Positions 61,458 through 64,000 of a stretch of DNA of 64,000 nucleotides are shown here, one piece after another (positions within the stretch are counted from its first letter, which is position 1; each line of letters begins with the position of its first letter). The DNA is from Rhodospirillaceae bacterium (GTDB lineage: Bacteria > Pseudomonadota > Alphaproteobacteria > Rhodospirillales > Rhodospirillaceae): positions 7,691 through 71,690 of the forward strand of contig JBJLGL010000014.1 in the NCBI GenBank assembly GCA_045564915.1, given 5' to 3'. Under the pieces are notes generated by a model. It made no database searches, was not told the origin of the DNA, and worked only from the letters and a program-made list of their open reading frames with translations. The translations under genes were made by a program, and so were the position numbers.

Positions 61458-62747
61458 TCACATAGTCCGAGGTAAGGCGGTCACTATATCTGGGAAAAGT
61501 GCGATTAGGATAACCATCCCAACCATAATCAAGAAAAATGGTAATGAAGCTTTAGCAATCTTTCCAATAGGCGCTCCTGTGAGACCTTGCACAACAAACA
61601 GGTTAAAACCAACTGGTGGCGTAATCTGTGACATTTCAACTACAATCACCAGGAATATACCAAACCAAACTTGATCAAAGCCTGCAGCTGTAACCAATGG
61701 CAATACAAGCGATAACGTCATAACGATAGCCGATAGGCCGTCTATGATACAGCCGAGAATAATATAAAAAATCGTCAACAAGACGACCAAGCCAACTGGT
61801 CCGAGGTCTAGCCCAGAAATCATACCTGCTGCTGCCTGAGGAATGCCGAGCAATGCCATTGCTTTTGACAGAAACAGAGCGCCTGCAACAATAAGCCCTA
61901 TCATAGAGCTTGTCTTTATTGCCCCGAGCAAAGATTGTTGGAAGGTGTGACGTGTAAGAGCGCCTTGTGTGATCGCGACAAACAGAGCGCCAGCTACACC
62001 AACTGTCGCCGCCTCTGTGGGACTAGCAATGCCAGCGTACATAGAGCCAATGATTGCCACAATTAGTGCAATCACAGGCCAGAGTTTGGAAAGGGCAGCA
62101 AACCGGTCCTGCCAAGACTCACAATATTCCTCATGCGGAACTAACTTCGGATCCAGCACCGAACGGATGACGATATAACCCATATAAGCGGCCGCCAACA
62201 TGACCCCAGGTACAATACCCGCGACAAATAAGTCGATAATCGAAGTCTCCGACAAGACCCCGTAAAGTATAAGAATAATACTGGGCGGTATTAAGAATCC
62301 TAATGTTCCAGCTCCGCAAAGCGAACCCATAGCTAAGCTCTCATCATAACCACGCGCTCGCAATTCTGATAAAGTCATTCGACCGACAGTGGCCGTAGTA
62401 GCGGCAGAAGAGCCAGATACAGCGGCAAATAAGGTGCAACCAATTACATTTGTGTGAAGAAGCCGTCCAGGTACAGCGCTAATCCATGGAGATAAGCCAC
62501 GAAAAATGCTTTCCGATATACTAGTGTGATAAAGAATTTCCCCCATCAATATAAAAAGTGGCAGCGCTACTAGCTCTGGGGTGTTGAGGCTATTCCAAAG
62601 GTCAAACGCAAGAAATATGCCAACTGGAATATCTCTAAATAAGGATAGGCTGACCAGCCCTACCCCCATCAAGCTAAGGCCTACCCAGAGGCCAGCGCCT
62701 AACAATATAGCTAGTGTGCCAAGCACAATAACAATTGGTAAAATCAT
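61458..62747 (-). CDS. dctM: TRAP transporter large permease
   Basis: 429-aa multi-TM protein following the small permease. Confidence 0.9.
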   Translation of the reverse strand: MILPIVIVLGTLAILLGAGLWVGLSLMGVGLVSLSLFRDIPVGIFLAFDLWNSLNTPELVALPLFILMGEILYHTSISESIFRGLSPWISAVPGRLLHTNVIGCTLFAAVSGSSAATTATVGRMTLSELRARGYDESLAMGSLCGAGTLGFLIPPSIILILYGVLSETSIIDLFVAGIVPGVMLAAAYMGYIVIRSVLDPKLVPHEEYCESWQDRFAALSKLWPVIALIVAIIGSMYAGIASPTEAATVGVAGALFVAITQGALTRHTFQQSLLGAIKTSSMIGLIVAGALFLSKAMALLGIPQAAAGMISGLDLGPVGLVVLLTIFYIILGCIIDGLSAIVMTLSLVLPLVTAAGFDQVWFGIFLVIVVEMSQITPPVGFNLFVVQGLTGAPIGKIAKASLPFFLIMVGMVILIALFPDIVTALPRTM

Positions 62748-62764
62748 GGCCCCGCTACCTCAAC

Positions 62765-63280
62765 CTACTCATTCTCGGCCATTATCTTGGGGTCACGGTC
62801 CTCCCCCCGAATCAATCTTATTAGCCGCGCGCATAGCGCAATACATAGTGTAAGTGGTCCAAACGACAGAAAGAATTGCGGAAGAGCTAATGGAGTCTCA
62901 CTCGGAAAATAAGAAACTGTGCCGCGAAACCAGGTGCCCATCGCATAGGTGAATAAAGAAGCCGTCAATATAATTGCAATACAAAGAGCAACTAGCACAG
63001 CTGCTATATCTAACCGATACGCCATAACTGGCGAGACATGTTCCCGCAAAAGCGTAACGCGAACATGCTCACCTTGAGACAAAGTCCAGCCTGATCCAAG
63101 AAATAAAACAAGGACAAGTAAATACCCCGCATATTCCACGGCAAACGGCAAGCTAATTTGAAAAGCACTTCTCAACACAATTTCCAAAGCACCCAAGAAA
63201 AAAAGCATGGCCAGCAAGAGCGCTGCAACGGCAGCCCCAAAAAAACAAAGGCGATCCATCAGCAAAAGAAGTCTGTTCAT
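62765..63280 (-). CDS. dctQ: TRAP transporter small permease
   Basis: 171 aa with about 4 TM helices. Confidence 0.8.
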   Translation of the reverse strand: MNRLLLLMDRLCFFGAAVAALLLAMLFFLGALEIVLRSAFQISLPFAVEYAGYLLVLVLFLGSGWTLSQGEHVRVTLLREHVSPVMAYRLDIAAVLVALCIAIILTASLFTYAMGTWFRGTVSYFPSETPLALPQFFLSFGPLTLCIALCARLIRLIRGEDRDPKIMAENE

Positions 63281-64000
63281 AGGGTTAAGGGCCGTCCGGC
63301 TTTAGCCATGTAGCCCTCAATCAAAGCCTGGGATTCGGGAACTCGCTCCATAAATGCAGCCCATATGGGGGCAGCGACCGCCCGCATTTCTGCCATGAGA
63401 GACTCACTCGGTTGCTGGGTAATCATACCGTTCGCCTCTAGAATCTTGAGCTTATCTTGATCATCATTTCGGCTTACATTCCAGAATTCAGGCTCTAGCT
63501 CATGCGCACGTTGAAGTACGATTTCTTGATAGCGCTCAGGTAGGGCTTGGAAACTGGCATCAGACAAAGTCATTATATTACATGACCATATATGATTAGA
63601 CCGGACAGTATATTTTAGAAATTCCCAATACTTCTGTGCCACAGCAGTTGTGGTCGAAGTCATTACACCATCTAAGGCACCCGATGCGAGAGCCGGAACA
63701 ACGTCAGGAGATGGCATCTGAATCGGGTTCATGTTTAGACCCCTCACGAGATCAGTTGACGACTTGTCGTAAGACCGCATAGTTAGGCCTTCAAAATCCC
63801 TGATAACCTCGATGGGTTTGTCGAAAAAGAAATTTTGATTTGGCCACGGCACAATGTACAGCACTCGCAAACCGTGGCGGATATAAGCGTCTTCAACGGA
63901 TGTCCGAATGATCGAGTATAGCAGGGCTAACTCATCTATCGTATCCATCAGGTAGGGTAGTGATTCTAATCCGAGGATAGGCTCGGTCCCTACTTGATGA
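63277..64000 (-). CDS. dctP: TRAP transporter substrate-binding protein (C-terminal part; gene runs off the right edge)
   Basis: The frame is open to the window end. The track ORF starts at an internal Met (63948). It overlaps the dctQ start. Confidence 0.75.
   Translation of the reverse strand, partial: HQVGTEPILGLESLPYLMDTIDELALLYSIIRTSVEDAYIRHGLRVLYIVPWPNQNFFFDKPIEVIRDFEGLTMRSYDKSSTDLVRGLNMNPIQMPSPDVVPALASGALDGVMTSTTTAVAQKYWEFLKYTVRSNHIWSCNIMTLSDASFQALPERYQEIVLQRAHELEPEFWNVSRNDDQDKLKILEANGMITQQPSESLMAEMRAVAAPIWAAFMERVPESQALIEGYMAKAGRPLTL

Overview
This 64-kb window looks like chromosome from an alphaproteobacterium; I cannot name the species. The operon order pheST / rplT-rpmI-infC-thrS and rplU-rpmA-obg-proB-proA-nadD-rsfS-rlmH supports that assignment. 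GC content looks moderate by eye.

**1-27.2 kb: housekeeping.** It holds translation genes, two LPS-type glycosyltransferases, yejABEF, kdsB, pheA and nudC.

**27.2-45.5 kb: accessory DNA with no integrase, transposase or CRISPR.**
- Two full-length tRNA-Ser(CGA) copies (27240-27329 and 36396-36485) bracket a 9-kb cassette.
- The cassette encodes five methyltransferases from four families, a B12-binding radical-SAM enzyme, a glycosyltransferase-like protein and an internally deleted Gmd-like dehydratase pseudogene.
- Next comes an ECF-sigma / FecR / TonB-dependent-receptor module with a coupled 8-TM protein and a short-chain dehydrogenase. A 55-bp direct repeat flanks this module.
- An orphan family-5 binding protein and a PhyH-type dioxygenase follow.

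**45.5-53.9 kb: a complete Pho cluster.** It contains phoB-phoU-pstBACS, phoR and an OprO/P-type porin. An array of 11-bp-phased Pho-box half sites sits upstream of the porin.

**53.9-64 kb: mixed functions.** It holds a TPR-methyltransferase, an FAD oxidoreductase, a methyltransferase, an M1 peptidase, a DUF427 protein and a TRAP transporter.

**Most notable observations:**
- The methylation-heavy cassette bracketed by the tRNA copies.
- The nested direct-repeat architecture around it.
- An infC gene whose conserved N-terminus, SD and AUA start lie in a different reading frame from the rest of the gene.
- A 15-bp tandem repeat that encodes an (ATAKK)n tail on ribosomal protein L21.

All functional calls rest on motifs I recognise by eye, not on database searches.
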